From Patescibacteria group bacterium (GTDB taxonomy: Bacteria > Patescibacteriota > Minisyncoccia > Minisyncoccales > JAHCRE01): 64,000 nt of DNA. Of the stretch, positions 8,164-17,330 are shown in pieces (the stretch's first letter is position 1; the number at the start of each line of letters is the position of its first letter). Position numbers and translations under genes: made by a program. Under the pieces are notes generated by a model. The model worked only from the letters and a program-made list of their open reading frames with translations, was not told the origin of the DNA and made no database searches. The stretch is taken from positions 12,652-76,651 of the forward strand of contig JAHCRH010000001.1 of assembly GCA_020148025.1 (NCBI GenBank), read 5' to 3'.

Positions 8164-9185
8164 ATCAGAACAGGCTCTTAGATATTTCTTGGGAGACAAT
8201 TTTTAAAATTCTTTTTGCTGTTATTTGCCTTTATTTTCTTTATTTAATTAGAAATGTTCTTATCTGGTTTATCTTTGCTGTAATAATTTCAGTCTTATTT
8301 GAACCCTTGATTGATTTTTTGACAAAACGGAAGATCCCCAGATTAATCTCGGTTGTTCTCATCTATTTTATTATTTTTGGATTAATTGCTCTTTCGATTT
8401 ATTTTACTGTTTCCATATTTACTTCTGAGATTCGTCAATTTACAAAAGTTTTGCCCCAATATTTTGAAAAAATTTCTCCACCCTTAAAAGCATTAGGTTT
8501 CAGGGCTTTTGAAAATATAGAAGAATTTATAGACTTATTAAGTAAAAATCTGGAAAGAATGGCTGACACCATTTTTAGTGCTATAGCTGCTATTTTTGGA
8601 GGAATTTTGGCAACTCTTTCAATTTTTTCGATTTCCCTCTTTCTTTCTTTAGAGGGAAAGCCAATCCAAAAAGCTCTGGGCCTTATTTTCCCCCAAAAAT
8701 ATGAAGCCTCTTTGCTAGATCTTTGGTCAAGATGTAAAATTAGAGTTTCCGGTTGGTTTCTATCAAGAATTTCTGGTTGTCTTTTTGTTGGAATTTCAAG
8801 CTTCGTTGCTTTTTCTCTTTTTAATACAAAATATCCTTTTTCATTGGGATTTTTAGCGGGTATTCTTAATTTCCTGCCAATAGTTGGGCCGATTATTACT
8901 GGAATTATCATTTTTATAATAGTTTCTTTAGATAATCTTTGGCAGGCAATTTTTGTATTAATCGTCTTTATCTTAATTCAGCAAATTGAGAATAATATCA
9001 TTTTGCCGGCCCTAACAAAAAAATTTGTTGGTTTGCCACCGGTTATAGTTTTATTAGCCTTAACAGTAGGAGGAATCTTATGGGGAATCTGGGGGGCAAT
9101 CTTGGCTATTCCATTTTTTGGAATTTTATTTGAATTTTTTAAAGAGTTTTTACAAAAGAAGAAAGAGAAAGCAGAAATTCTTTAA
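8160..9185 (+). CDS. AI-2E family transporter (PerM/UPF0118)
   Basis: multi-TM; conserved C-terminal 'LIQQIENNIILPALTKKFVGLPPV...GGILWGIWGAILAIP'. Confidence 0.85.
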   Translation: MNQNRLLDISWETIFKILFAVICLYFLYLIRNVLIWFIFAVIISVLFEPLIDFLTKRKIPRLISVVLIYFIIFGLIALSIYFTVSIFTSEIRQFTKVLPQYFEKISPPLKALGFRAFENIEEFIDLLSKNLERMADTIFSAIAAIFGGILATLSIFSISLFLSLEGKPIQKALGLIFPQKYEASLLDLWSRCKIRVSGWFLSRISGCLFVGISSFVAFSLFNTKYPFSLGFLAGILNFLPIVGPIITGIIIFIIVSLDNLWQAIFVLIVFILIQQIENNIILPALTKKFVGLPPVIVLLALTVGGILWGIWGAILAIPFFGILFEFFKEFLQKKKEKAEIL

Positions 9186-9332
9186 ATGGCTATTTTATAC
9201 ATCGTTGCAACTCCAATTGGGAATTTAGAGGATATTTCTGTAAGCGCCCTCCGAATTTTAAAGGAGGTTGATTTAATTTTATGTGAAGATACAGGGGTGA
9301 CAAAGAAATTGTTGGATCGCAATTTGAGATAA
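9186..9332 (+). pseudogene. rsmI: N-terminal 48-codon remnant of 16S rRNA 2'-O-methyltransferase RsmI
   Basis: '[48 protein letters not shown]' matches the RsmI N-terminus; the rest of the roughly 230-280 aa enzyme is absent. Confidence 0.55.
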
Positions 9333-9425
9333 TTTATTAAAAAAATTGATGAGGTGATAAAAAAAATCGAAAAAGAGAAAATAAAAGGAGAATTTGTAGT
9401 GATTATAAATAAATAAAATACATCA

Positions 9426-10958
9426 ATGAAAAAATTTTATGTAACCACAGCTATTGATTATGTGAATGCTCCTCCTCATTGCGGGCATGCTTTGGAGAAA
9501 ATTCAGACAGATGCGATAGCTCGTTATCATCGGCTTTTGGATGAGGAAGTTTTATTTTTGACTGGAACCGATGAAAATAGTCTCAAAAATGTTCAGGCAG
9601 CAAAGAAAGAAGGAATTCCTACAAAGAAATTGGTAGATAGAAACTCTAAGAAATTTTATGAATTGAAGAAAGTTCTGAATTTGTCTTTCGATGATTTCAT
9701 AAGAACCACTGAGGAACGCCATATTAAGGGGGCTCAAAAATTATGGTTAGCTTGCAAAAAGGATATTTATAAAAAAACTTATAGAGGGCTCTATTGTATA
9801 GGGTGTGAAGAATTTTACAAAGAGAGTGAGCTTGAAGATGGTCTTTGTCCTGAACACAAGACAAAACTCGAATTAGTAGAGGAGGAGAATTACTTTTTCC
9901 GACTTTCGAAACATCGAGATGAATTAGAAAAGATTATTAAAAACGATGAAATTAAAGTCACCCCCGAGTCAAGAAAAAACGAAATCCTTAGTTTTATCAA
10001 GTCGGGCTTGGAAGATATTTGTATTTCTCGCTCAGCAGAGCGGGCTCACGGATGGGGGATTGATGTTCCTGGAGATCCAACTCAAAAAATTTGGGTTTGG
10101 CTGGAGGCACTTTCAAATTATATCAATGGAGTGGAGTATGCTACTGATGAAAAAAAGTTTAAGAAATGGTGGCCGGCTGATTTACATGTAATCGGGAAAG
10201 GGATCTCCAGATTCCATTGTATATATTGGCCTGCATTTTTACTTTCGGCAAAATTACCCTTGCCAAAGAAAATTTTCGTCCACGGCTATTTAACTGTTGG
10301 TGGGCAAAAAATGTCAAAGAGTTTGGGAAATATTGTTGATCCGTTTGAATTAGTTGAAAAATATGGGACAGATAGCGTTCGATATTTTCTCTTGCGGGAA
10401 ATCCCTTCAGCTGAAGATGGTGACTTTACCTATGAGAAATTTGAAAAAAGATATAATTCAGATTTGGCAAAAGGTCTGGGAAATTTAGTAGCCAGAACCT
10501 TAACAATGGTTGAGAAATATTGTGATGGCAAAGTGCCTGAGATTGATAAAGATCCAGATAGTCATCCATTAAGAATTGATACAAAAATCCACAACTGGAA
10601 AAAGTCTTGGGCAGATGTAGATAAACACGTGCCGAATTTCCAATTCAATGAAGCACTTTCTTCGATCTGGAAATTCATCACTGAGGCCGATAGATATATC
10701 GAAGAAAATAGACCTTGGGATTTGGCAAAAGAGGGAAAAATCAAGGAATTGAATTGGATATTATATGGTTTGCTAAACGCCATTCATCAAATTGCCTGGC
10801 AAATTTATATTTTTATACCAGAAACTTCTGTAAAAATTGCCAAAGCTCTAAAATTAGAAAAATTATTGGTGAAAGACCCGAAGGAGAAAGATAGCTGGAC
10901 TAATATTAGACCAGGAACCGAGGTCAAAGAAATCAAACCATTGTTTCCTAAGGTATAA
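9426..10958 (+). CDS. metG: methionine--tRNA ligase
   Basis: HIGH-type 'NAPPHCGHALE', zinc knuckles 'CIGCEEF...CPEH', 'KMSKSLGN'. Confidence 0.9.
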   Translation: MKKFYVTTAIDYVNAPPHCGHALEKIQTDAIARYHRLLDEEVLFLTGTDENSLKNVQAAKKEGIPTKKLVDRNSKKFYELKKVLNLSFDDFIRTTEERHIKGAQKLWLACKKDIYKKTYRGLYCIGCEEFYKESELEDGLCPEHKTKLELVEEENYFFRLSKHRDELEKIIKNDEIKVTPESRKNEILSFIKSGLEDICISRSAERAHGWGIDVPGDPTQKIWVWLEALSNYINGVEYATDEKKFKKWWPADLHVIGKGISRFHCIYWPAFLLSAKLPLPKKIFVHGYLTVGGQKMSKSLGNIVDPFELVEKYGTDSVRYFLLREIPSAEDGDFTYEKFEKRYNSDLAKGLGNLVARTLTMVEKYCDGKVPEIDKDPDSHPLRIDTKIHNWKKSWADVDKHVPNFQFNEALSSIWKFITEADRYIEENRPWDLAKEGKIKELNWILYGLLNAIHQIAWQIYIFIPETSVKIAKALKLEKLLVKDPKEKDSWTNIRPGTEVKEIKPLFPKV

Positions 10959-10961
10959 ATT

Positions 10962-11828
10962 ATGCTTATCGATACCCATGCTCACTTGAATTTTTCGGCT
11001 TTTAAAGATGATGCCGACGAAGTTATTCGTCGGTCTTTAGAAAACGATATCTGGATGATAAATGTGGGATCAAATTACGAAACCTCAAAAAGAGCAATAG
11101 AAATTGCCGATAGATATGGAAAGGGAGTTTTTGCTGCCATTGGCCTTCATCCAATAAATTTGCACACGGGATTAGTGAAGATAAAAGTTGACGATAAAGA
11201 AGGTGTTCATTTTGAAAAAGAATTTGATTTTGAAAATTACAAAGAGTTAGCCCGTTCGGCAGGCCCAGGGCAAGCCAAATCAAAAATTGTAGCCATTGGC
11301 GAAATTGGATTGGATTATTATTGGCGGCCCAAAACTACTAAAAAGAAAGAATTATTTAAACAAAAACAAAAAGAATTGCTTCTAGAAGAACTGAGATTAG
11401 CCCGAGAGTTGGAGCTACCAGTAATTTTTCACTGTCGAATGGCACACGATGACTTAATCGAAACCCTAACTAATTTGGACTGCGATTTCTACGATCGTAG
11501 AAATCGCAGTCAGATCTCGGGAGTGATTCACTGTTTTACCGGAAATTGGGAGCAGGCTCAAAAATTTCTGGAAATGGGGTTTCATCTTGGTTTTAATGGA
11601 ATAATTTTTAAATTAGATCTTGATGAAATAGTCAAAAAAACGCCCCTTGAGAAAATCTTAATTGAAACCGATTGTCCCTATCTTCCGCCTCCGCAATTTG
11701 AAAATCAAAGAAACGAACCGCTTTATGTTAAATATATTGCCAAAGAAATCGCCAAAATAAGAAATATAAGCTTTGAAAAAGTTGCTGAAATTACCACAAA
11801 AAACGCTAAAGAATTATTTGAAATTTGA
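10962..11828 (+). CDS. tatD: TatD-family metal-dependent DNase/hydrolase
   Basis: 'MLIDTHAHLNF' and TIM-barrel hydrolase pattern. Confidence 0.9.
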   Translation: MLIDTHAHLNFSAFKDDADEVIRRSLENDIWMINVGSNYETSKRAIEIADRYGKGVFAAIGLHPINLHTGLVKIKVDDKEGVHFEKEFDFENYKELARSAGPGQAKSKIVAIGEIGLDYYWRPKTTKKKELFKQKQKELLLEELRLARELELPVIFHCRMAHDDLIETLTNLDCDFYDRRNRSQISGVIHCFTGNWEQAQKFLEMGFHLGFNGIIFKLDLDEIVKKTPLEKILIETDCPYLPPPQFENQRNEPLYVKYIAKEIAKIRNISFEKVAEITTKNAKELFEI

Positions 11829-11890
11829 TTTTTTGGATTTCTTGAGTTAATCTAAGGTAGAATAGAAAAGTTCTTTAAAGAGGGAAAAAA

Positions 11891-12415
11891 ATGGGGAAAA
11901 AAATAAGGATCACAATTATGGGCTCCCATGGTACAGGAAAGACTACTCTAGCTAAAGCTCTAGCTAAAAGGCTGAATTTTACTTATATCCAGGATGTAGT
12001 TAGAGAAGAAGCGGTAAAGAAAGGATTCATAATCAATGAAAATACGCCTCCCGAAGTTCAACTATGGCTTTTAATGCGACAGTGGGAACTGGAAACAACT
12101 ACTCCCGGCGGCTGGGTTGCTGATAAATCTTTATTCGATTACCTTGTCTATGGAAATTTAGTATTAAAAGACGAAGCTGTAAAAAGAGTAATCAGGAAAA
12201 TTGTTCAACGAAATGCTAAGTATGACTTCGTCTTTTATCTTCCTATTGAATTTCCAATGGAAGAAGACGGGATTAGAAGCATTGATCCAAAGTTTCGAGG
12301 AGAGATTGACCACCTTTTCAGGAAATGTCTAGATGAATTTGGTGTCAAATATATCGTCCTTTCGGGATCCGTTGAAGAGCGAATAGAGCAAGCTTTAGCC
12401 CATATAAGAAAATAG
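11891..12415 (+). CDS. P-loop NTPase (AAA_28/NadR-like small kinase family)
   Basis: Walker A 'GSHGTGKTT'; 174 aa. Confidence 0.55.
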   Translation: MGKKIRITIMGSHGTGKTTLAKALAKRLNFTYIQDVVREEAVKKGFIINENTPPEVQLWLLMRQWELETTTPGGWVADKSLFDYLVYGNLVLKDEAVKRVIRKIVQRNAKYDFVFYLPIEFPMEEDGIRSIDPKFRGEIDHLFRKCLDEFGVKYIVLSGSVEERIEQALAHIRK

Positions 12416-12464
12416 AAGCTCTTTAAATATCTAAGTTAAAAAAGCCAGCTGAGCTGGCATTTTT

Positions 12465-13574
12465 TTATTTAAAGCACTTCCAATATTTTTTGAGAATCTC
12501 CTTTAGTTTTTGAACTATTTCCTTTGTTTCCCCTAATTTCGAATTTTTTGGTGGCCCCCCACCAAATTTGGTGGGGGGGTTTATTTTAATTGGTAAATCT
12601 ATTAATCCCGTAATTAAAGCTGTCCAGGCTAAAGGTAAAATTTCTTGATTATAACCTGAAGCAATTAAATCAATTTCTTTCTCTTGACAAACTTTATCTG
12701 CTAATTTTCTTACATTTTCTCCAATCATTTTTAATCCTTCCAAAGTTAAACCAAGATTGGTTAGACCATCGGCAAAATAAGGATCAGAGCCACCATACCT
12801 GATTATTATTTCTGGTTCAAACTCTTCAGCTATTGGGAAAATTATTTTTTCAAAAATATGTTGATAAGCATCATCACCAGCACCGGGAGATAAAGGAATA
12901 TTTAGAGTAAAGCCTTTTCCCCTCCCGTCGCCGATTTCATCCATGAAACCTGTTCCAGGATAAATTGTTCTTGGATCCTGATGAATATCTATAAATAAAA
13001 CCTGATTCTCGGTATAAAATGCTTCTGTCGTTCCATTTCCGGCATGGGCATCAGTATCTAAAATTAAAATTTTCTTGAGACCTTTTTTGAGTAAGTTTTG
13101 GGCACAAATTGCAACATCATTATAAACACAAAATCCCTCTCCTTTTTCTCTTTTGGCATGATGAAGGCCCCCGCCAATTGCTATAGCTTTTTTGAACCTA
13201 CCTTCGAAAACCAATTCCCCGGCCAACAAGGAAGCACCAACAGCTATTCTTGTAGCTTTTTCAATTCCTCTTGGCAAATAACCAGTGGAGGGGTCTAAAT
13301 TATCGACGGTGGCATATTGAAAAATGTTTGGCAAAATAATTCCCTCAGACGCTTTCTTCATCGCCTCAATATATTCTTGGCTATGAAATAACTTCAAATC
13401 TTCTTCAGTTGCAGGTTCTGGTTTAATTTCCTCAAAATAATCTTTGAAGTCTGGCAACTTTTCCTTTATAAAGTTAAGAAAAATTTCAAATCTCTCACTG
13501 GTAAAAGGATGATATTTTCCAAAACTATATTTTTTTATTTCTGGATTATAAATCAGAGCAGTTCTTTGTTTCAT
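12465..13574 (-). CDS. histone deacetylase-family protein (AcuC / acetylpolyamine amidohydrolase-like)
   Basis: 'ILDTDAHAGNGTTEAF', 'GGGLHHAKR'; C-terminal region carries a GC palindrome insertion (12541-12585). Confidence 0.85.
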   Translation of the reverse strand: MKQRTALIYNPEIKKYSFGKYHPFTSERFEIFLNFIKEKLPDFKDYFEEIKPEPATEEDLKLFHSQEYIEAMKKASEGIILPNIFQYATVDNLDPSTGYLPRGIEKATRIAVGASLLAGELVFEGRFKKAIAIGGGLHHAKREKGEGFCVYNDVAICAQNLLKKGLKKILILDTDAHAGNGTTEAFYTENQVLFIDIHQDPRTIYPGTGFMDEIGDGRGKGFTLNIPLSPGAGDDAYQHIFEKIIFPIAEEFEPEIIIRYGGSDPYFADGLTNLGLTLEGLKMIGENVRKLADKVCQEKEIDLIASGYNQEILPLAWTALITGLIDLPIKINPPTKFGGGPPKNSKLGETKEIVQKLKEILKKYWKCFK

Positions 13575-13640
13575 TTTTACATTATATTTTAAATAAATTC
13601 TTTACTCAATCAGTTTCAAAAGCAGAGTTTTTCTGATAAA

Positions 13641-16157
13641 ATGAAAAATATGGAATACAAGCCGCGAAAAATAGAAAAGAAATGGCAAAGGATGTGGGAG
13701 AAAACAGGGATTTTTAAGGCAAGAGACTCCCTCTTTTTGCCAGCGAAGCGAAAAAGAGGGGGGCTAAAATTTTATATTTTGGACATGTTTCCCTATCCAT
13801 CAGCTCAAGGTTTGCATGTCGGTCATCCAAGAGGTTATATTACTACCGATGTTTTCGCTCATTTTATGAGAAGGAAGGGTTTTAATATTTTGCATCCAAT
13901 GGGTTGGGATGCCTTTGGTCTGCCAACTGAAAACTATGCCATAAAAACCGGGATCCATCCAGAAATTATTACCAAAAGAAATATCAAACGAATGAAAAAA
14001 CAACTTAAATTGATCGGTCTGGGCTATGATTGGTCAAGGGAAATAAACACAACTGACCCGGAATACTATAAATGGACTCAACAGATTTTTCTTCTACTTT
14101 ACAAAATGGGTTTGGCTTACGAAGCAACCTTGCCTATTAATTGGTGTCCTTCTTGTAAGACAGGTTTAGCCAACGAAGAAGTGATTGAAGGAAGGTGTGA
14201 GAGGTGTGGGACCGAAGTGATAAAAAAAGATCTAAGACAATGGGTTTTAAAGATTACCGTCTTCTCTGATAAGTTATTAAAAGATTTAGATTTGCTTGAT
14301 TGGCCAGAGAAAATTAAAGAGATGCAGAGAAATTGGATTGGAAGGTCAGAGGGGTGGGAGATTAAATTTAAAGTAGCGACAACTGACAAGCGACAAGAAA
14401 CAAGTATTAAAGTTTTTACTACAAGGACAGACACACTTTTTGGTTGTACTTATCTAGTTTTAGCTCCAGAGCATCAAATAATTCAAAAGCTTAAAGATCA
14501 AATCTTAAATTTCAAATCTGTTGAAAGATATATTGAAAAGTCAAAGAAAAAAACTGAGAGAGAAAGAATAAGCAAGGTGAAAGAGAAAGCTGGAATAGAA
14601 ATTAAGGGGATTAAAGCAGTAAACCCAGTAAATGGCAGAGCTATTCCTATTTTCGTGGCTGATTACGTTCTAATTCATTACGGGACAGGAGCCATTATGG
14701 CTGTTCCTGCCCACGATCAAAGAGATTTTGATTTTGCTAAAAAATACAATTTACCAGTAATCGAAGTCATCAAGCCCTATTATGTAAAAGAAGAATTACC
14801 CAAAGAAACTCCTTTAGTGATTTCTGATGGAAGATTTGAAAAAGCTTATGAAGGAGAAGGAATTTTAATTAACTCTGGTCGTTTTATTGGGATGAAATCG
14901 AAAATTGCTCGAGAAAGGATAGGGGAGTGGTTGACTAAGAAGAATTTAGCCAAAAAAGCTATATATTTTAAATTGAGGGATTGGATTTTTTCGAGACAGA
15001 GATACTGGGGAGAGCCCATTCCAATAGTTCATTGTCAAAAGTGTGGAATTGTTCCCTTAGGAAAAAAAGATTTACCTTTGAAACTGCCAAGAGTTAAAAA
15101 ATATCAGCCCACTGGAACTGGAGAATCTCCCTTAGCTGCAATCAAAAAATGGGTTAATACCAAATGTCCAAAATGTAAAGGTCCAGCCAAGAGAGAAACA
15201 AATACAATGCCCCAGTGGGCAGGTTCGTGTTGGTACTTTATTGCTTATCTCTTAGATAAAAATAAAGAATTTGCTTGGAATAAAAGAAAGATAAATTATT
15301 GGCTGCCAGTAGATTTGTATGTTGGGGGAGCTGAGCATGCCGTTTTGCATTTGCTTTATGCCAGGTTTTGGACAAAAGTTCTCTATGATGCCGGTTTAAT
15401 AAAATTCAAAGAACCGTTTTTAAAACTCAGGACTCTTGGTTTAATTTTGGCTCCGGATGGCCAGAAAATGTCAAAATCAAGAGGAAATGTGATTTTGCCT
15501 GATAAAATAATCGAAGAATATGGAGCTGACGCTTTTAGATTATACGAGATGTTTATGGGTCCATTTGATGAAGCAATAAATTGGAATGTTCAAGGGATAG
15601 TTGGAATGAGAAGATTTCTTGAAAAAGTCTGGAAACTGTTCGATGGACAAAAATCAATCGTTCCAATTAAAGAAGATAAAGAGTTAGAAAAATTAGTTCA
15701 CAAAACAATTAAAAAAGTAACCGAAGATATTGAGAATTTCAGATTCAACACAGCCATTTCTGCCTTAATGATTTTAGTAAATAATTTTCAGGGGAAAAAT
15801 TATGGCGTTTGGTATTTAAAAACATTACTTTTACTTTTGGCTCCTTTTGCTCCTCATATAGTAGAAGAATTGTGGCAAAAATATTTTGTTGAAAAACCAG
15901 AATTTAAGATTAACCGCTCAATTCACAACCAGCCCTGGCCAAAATACGATCCTAAATTAGTAAAAGAAGAAATGATTACTTTAGTTATCCAGGTGAATGG
16001 TAAGGTTCGAGATAAAATAGAAGTTAAGGCCGATATATCTGAGAAAAAAGCTAAAAAACTCGCAACTTCCCGTGAAAAAATCAAAAAACGGATAAAAGAC
16101 AAAAAAATCAAAAAAGTATTTTTTGTCCCCGGAAAATTAATTAATATCGTTGTATAA
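13641..16157 (+). CDS. leuS: leucine--tRNA ligase
   Basis: 'PYPSAQGLHVGHPRGY', 'KMSKSRGN', 838 aa. Confidence 0.95.
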   Translation: MKNMEYKPRKIEKKWQRMWEKTGIFKARDSLFLPAKRKRGGLKFYILDMFPYPSAQGLHVGHPRGYITTDVFAHFMRRKGFNILHPMGWDAFGLPTENYAIKTGIHPEIITKRNIKRMKKQLKLIGLGYDWSREINTTDPEYYKWTQQIFLLLYKMGLAYEATLPINWCPSCKTGLANEEVIEGRCERCGTEVIKKDLRQWVLKITVFSDKLLKDLDLLDWPEKIKEMQRNWIGRSEGWEIKFKVATTDKRQETSIKVFTTRTDTLFGCTYLVLAPEHQIIQKLKDQILNFKSVERYIEKSKKKTERERISKVKEKAGIEIKGIKAVNPVNGRAIPIFVADYVLIHYGTGAIMAVPAHDQRDFDFAKKYNLPVIEVIKPYYVKEELPKETPLVISDGRFEKAYEGEGILINSGRFIGMKSKIARERIGEWLTKKNLAKKAIYFKLRDWIFSRQRYWGEPIPIVHCQKCGIVPLGKKDLPLKLPRVKKYQPTGTGESPLAAIKKWVNTKCPKCKGPAKRETNTMPQWAGSCWYFIAYLLDKNKEFAWNKRKINYWLPVDLYVGGAEHAVLHLLYARFWTKVLYDAGLIKFKEPFLKLRTLGLILAPDGQKMSKSRGNVILPDKIIEEYGADAFRLYEMFMGPFDEAINWNVQGIVGMRRFLEKVWKLFDGQKSIVPIKEDKELEKLVHKTIKKVTEDIENFRFNTAISALMILVNNFQGKNYGVWYLKTLLLLLAPFAPHIVEELWQKYFVEKPEFKINRSIHNQPWPKYDPKLVKEEMITLVIQVNGKVRDKIEVKADISEKKAKKLATSREKIKKRIKDKKIKKVFFVPGKLINIVV

Positions 16158-16159
16158 AT

Positions 16160-16594
16160 ATGAACGAAAAATATCCAACTGTTCATGTAGATCCAGTAAT
16201 TATTACCAAAGATTATAGAGTTGTTTTGGCTCTAAGAGCTAAAGGTATAGAAGGAGGTGGTAAATGGCATTTGCCTGGAGGACAAGTTTTGTATGGCGAC
16301 ATTATTTTAGATGCACTGAAAAGACCTACCCTAAGAAAAACTGGATTAAAAATCGATTTTTATTATGATTCTGAAAAAGAGTCTTTAGTGAATGCCTACA
16401 GCAACCCCAAAAGAGATAGAAGGGGACATTTTGTTGCACTAGTTTTTCTGTGCAAATTAGTTGGAGGGGATTTAAAACCTGGAGAAAATATACAAGATGT
16501 GAAATTTTTCTCTAAACAAGAATTGAAAAACCTAGACATAGGTTGGGATCATAGAGAAATGATTGAAGATGCCTTTAAAAAACTTAGTATATAA
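16160..16594 (+). CDS. NUDIX hydrolase
   Basis: 'GGKWHLPGGQVLYGDIILDALKRPTLRKTGL' Nudix-box-like region. Confidence 0.7.
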   Translation: MNEKYPTVHVDPVIITKDYRVVLALRAKGIEGGGKWHLPGGQVLYGDIILDALKRPTLRKTGLKIDFYYDSEKESLVNAYSNPKRDRRGHFVALVFLCKLVGGDLKPGENIQDVKFFSKQELKNLDIGWDHREMIEDAFKKLSI

Positions 16595-16895
16595 AATGAG
16601 TTTTAAACAATTTTTAAAACCAGACTGGAGAAAGATTGTTTTATCAATAATAATTTTTCTATTTCTTTTTATTTATGGGATTCCGTGGTGTATAGATCCT
16701 AGCGAAGAAGGATGGTTGAGACGTCCGGATCCAGAATATTGGGGCTGTCATAGTGAGTGGCATAGACAGTTTCATTTTATTCCCGATTGGCCTATTGGCC
16801 ATCTTGGGATCTCCTTTTTTGTTTCTGCATTGATTTCTTATTTCATTTCCTGTCTCATAATCTGGATTTACGATAAGATAAGAAAAAAATCTTGA
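16563..16895 (+). CDS. hypothetical small membrane protein (likely starts at internal ATG near 16596)
   Basis: TM segments 'IVLSIIIFLFLFIYGIPW' and 'GISFFVSALISYFISCLIIWIY'. Confidence 0.4.
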   Translation: MKMPLKNLVYKMSFKQFLKPDWRKIVLSIIIFLFLFIYGIPWCIDPSEEGWLRRPDPEYWGCHSEWHRQFHFIPDWPIGHLGISFFVSALISYFISCLIIWIYDKIRKKS

Positions 16896-16948
16896 TTTTT
16901 AATAGAAGGGTTGCTAAAATAGAATAGGAACTTGAAAAGTGAAAAATA

Positions 16949-17257
16949 ATGAGAATGAAAAGGAGAGAAAAGGTGAAATGGAGGTGGGAATTAGAGGAAC
17001 CAAAAAAGGAGATAATTGTCCCGACCCTGAAAGAGAAAATTGAACTCGGCCTATCTGACCAAGAATGTATATTGATCTGTTTTACAAAATACCCAAATAG
17101 CCAATGCTTTAGAGAACGTAATGCCCAGCCACTTTGTAGTTTATGCCCTAAATCTAAAAAGATAAAAACAGAAGAAGAATTGGCAAAAGAAATCGAGATC
17201 CTGCTAGCAAAAACAATGAAAAAGTTAGTTCGTAAAAGACGTTATCGCAGGCGTTAA
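16949..17257 (+). CDS. hypothetical basic protein with Cys-rich segment
   Basis: 102 aa ORF followed by an intrinsic terminator. Confidence 0.4.
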   Translation: MRMKRREKVKWRWELEEPKKEIIVPTLKEKIELGLSDQECILICFTKYPNSQCFRERNAQPLCSLCPKSKKIKTEEELAKEIEILLAKTMKKLVRKRRYRRR

Positions 17258-17285
17258 AAATTGATTTAACGCCTTTTTTATTTCT
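17248..17285 (+). terminator. intrinsic terminator
   Basis: 'ggcgttaaaaattgatttaacgcc' plus T-run. Confidence 0.55.
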
Positions 17286-17330
17286 TCTGTTCTTTTTTAA
17301 AATTAAATGTTAAAATAAAAAATCAAATTT

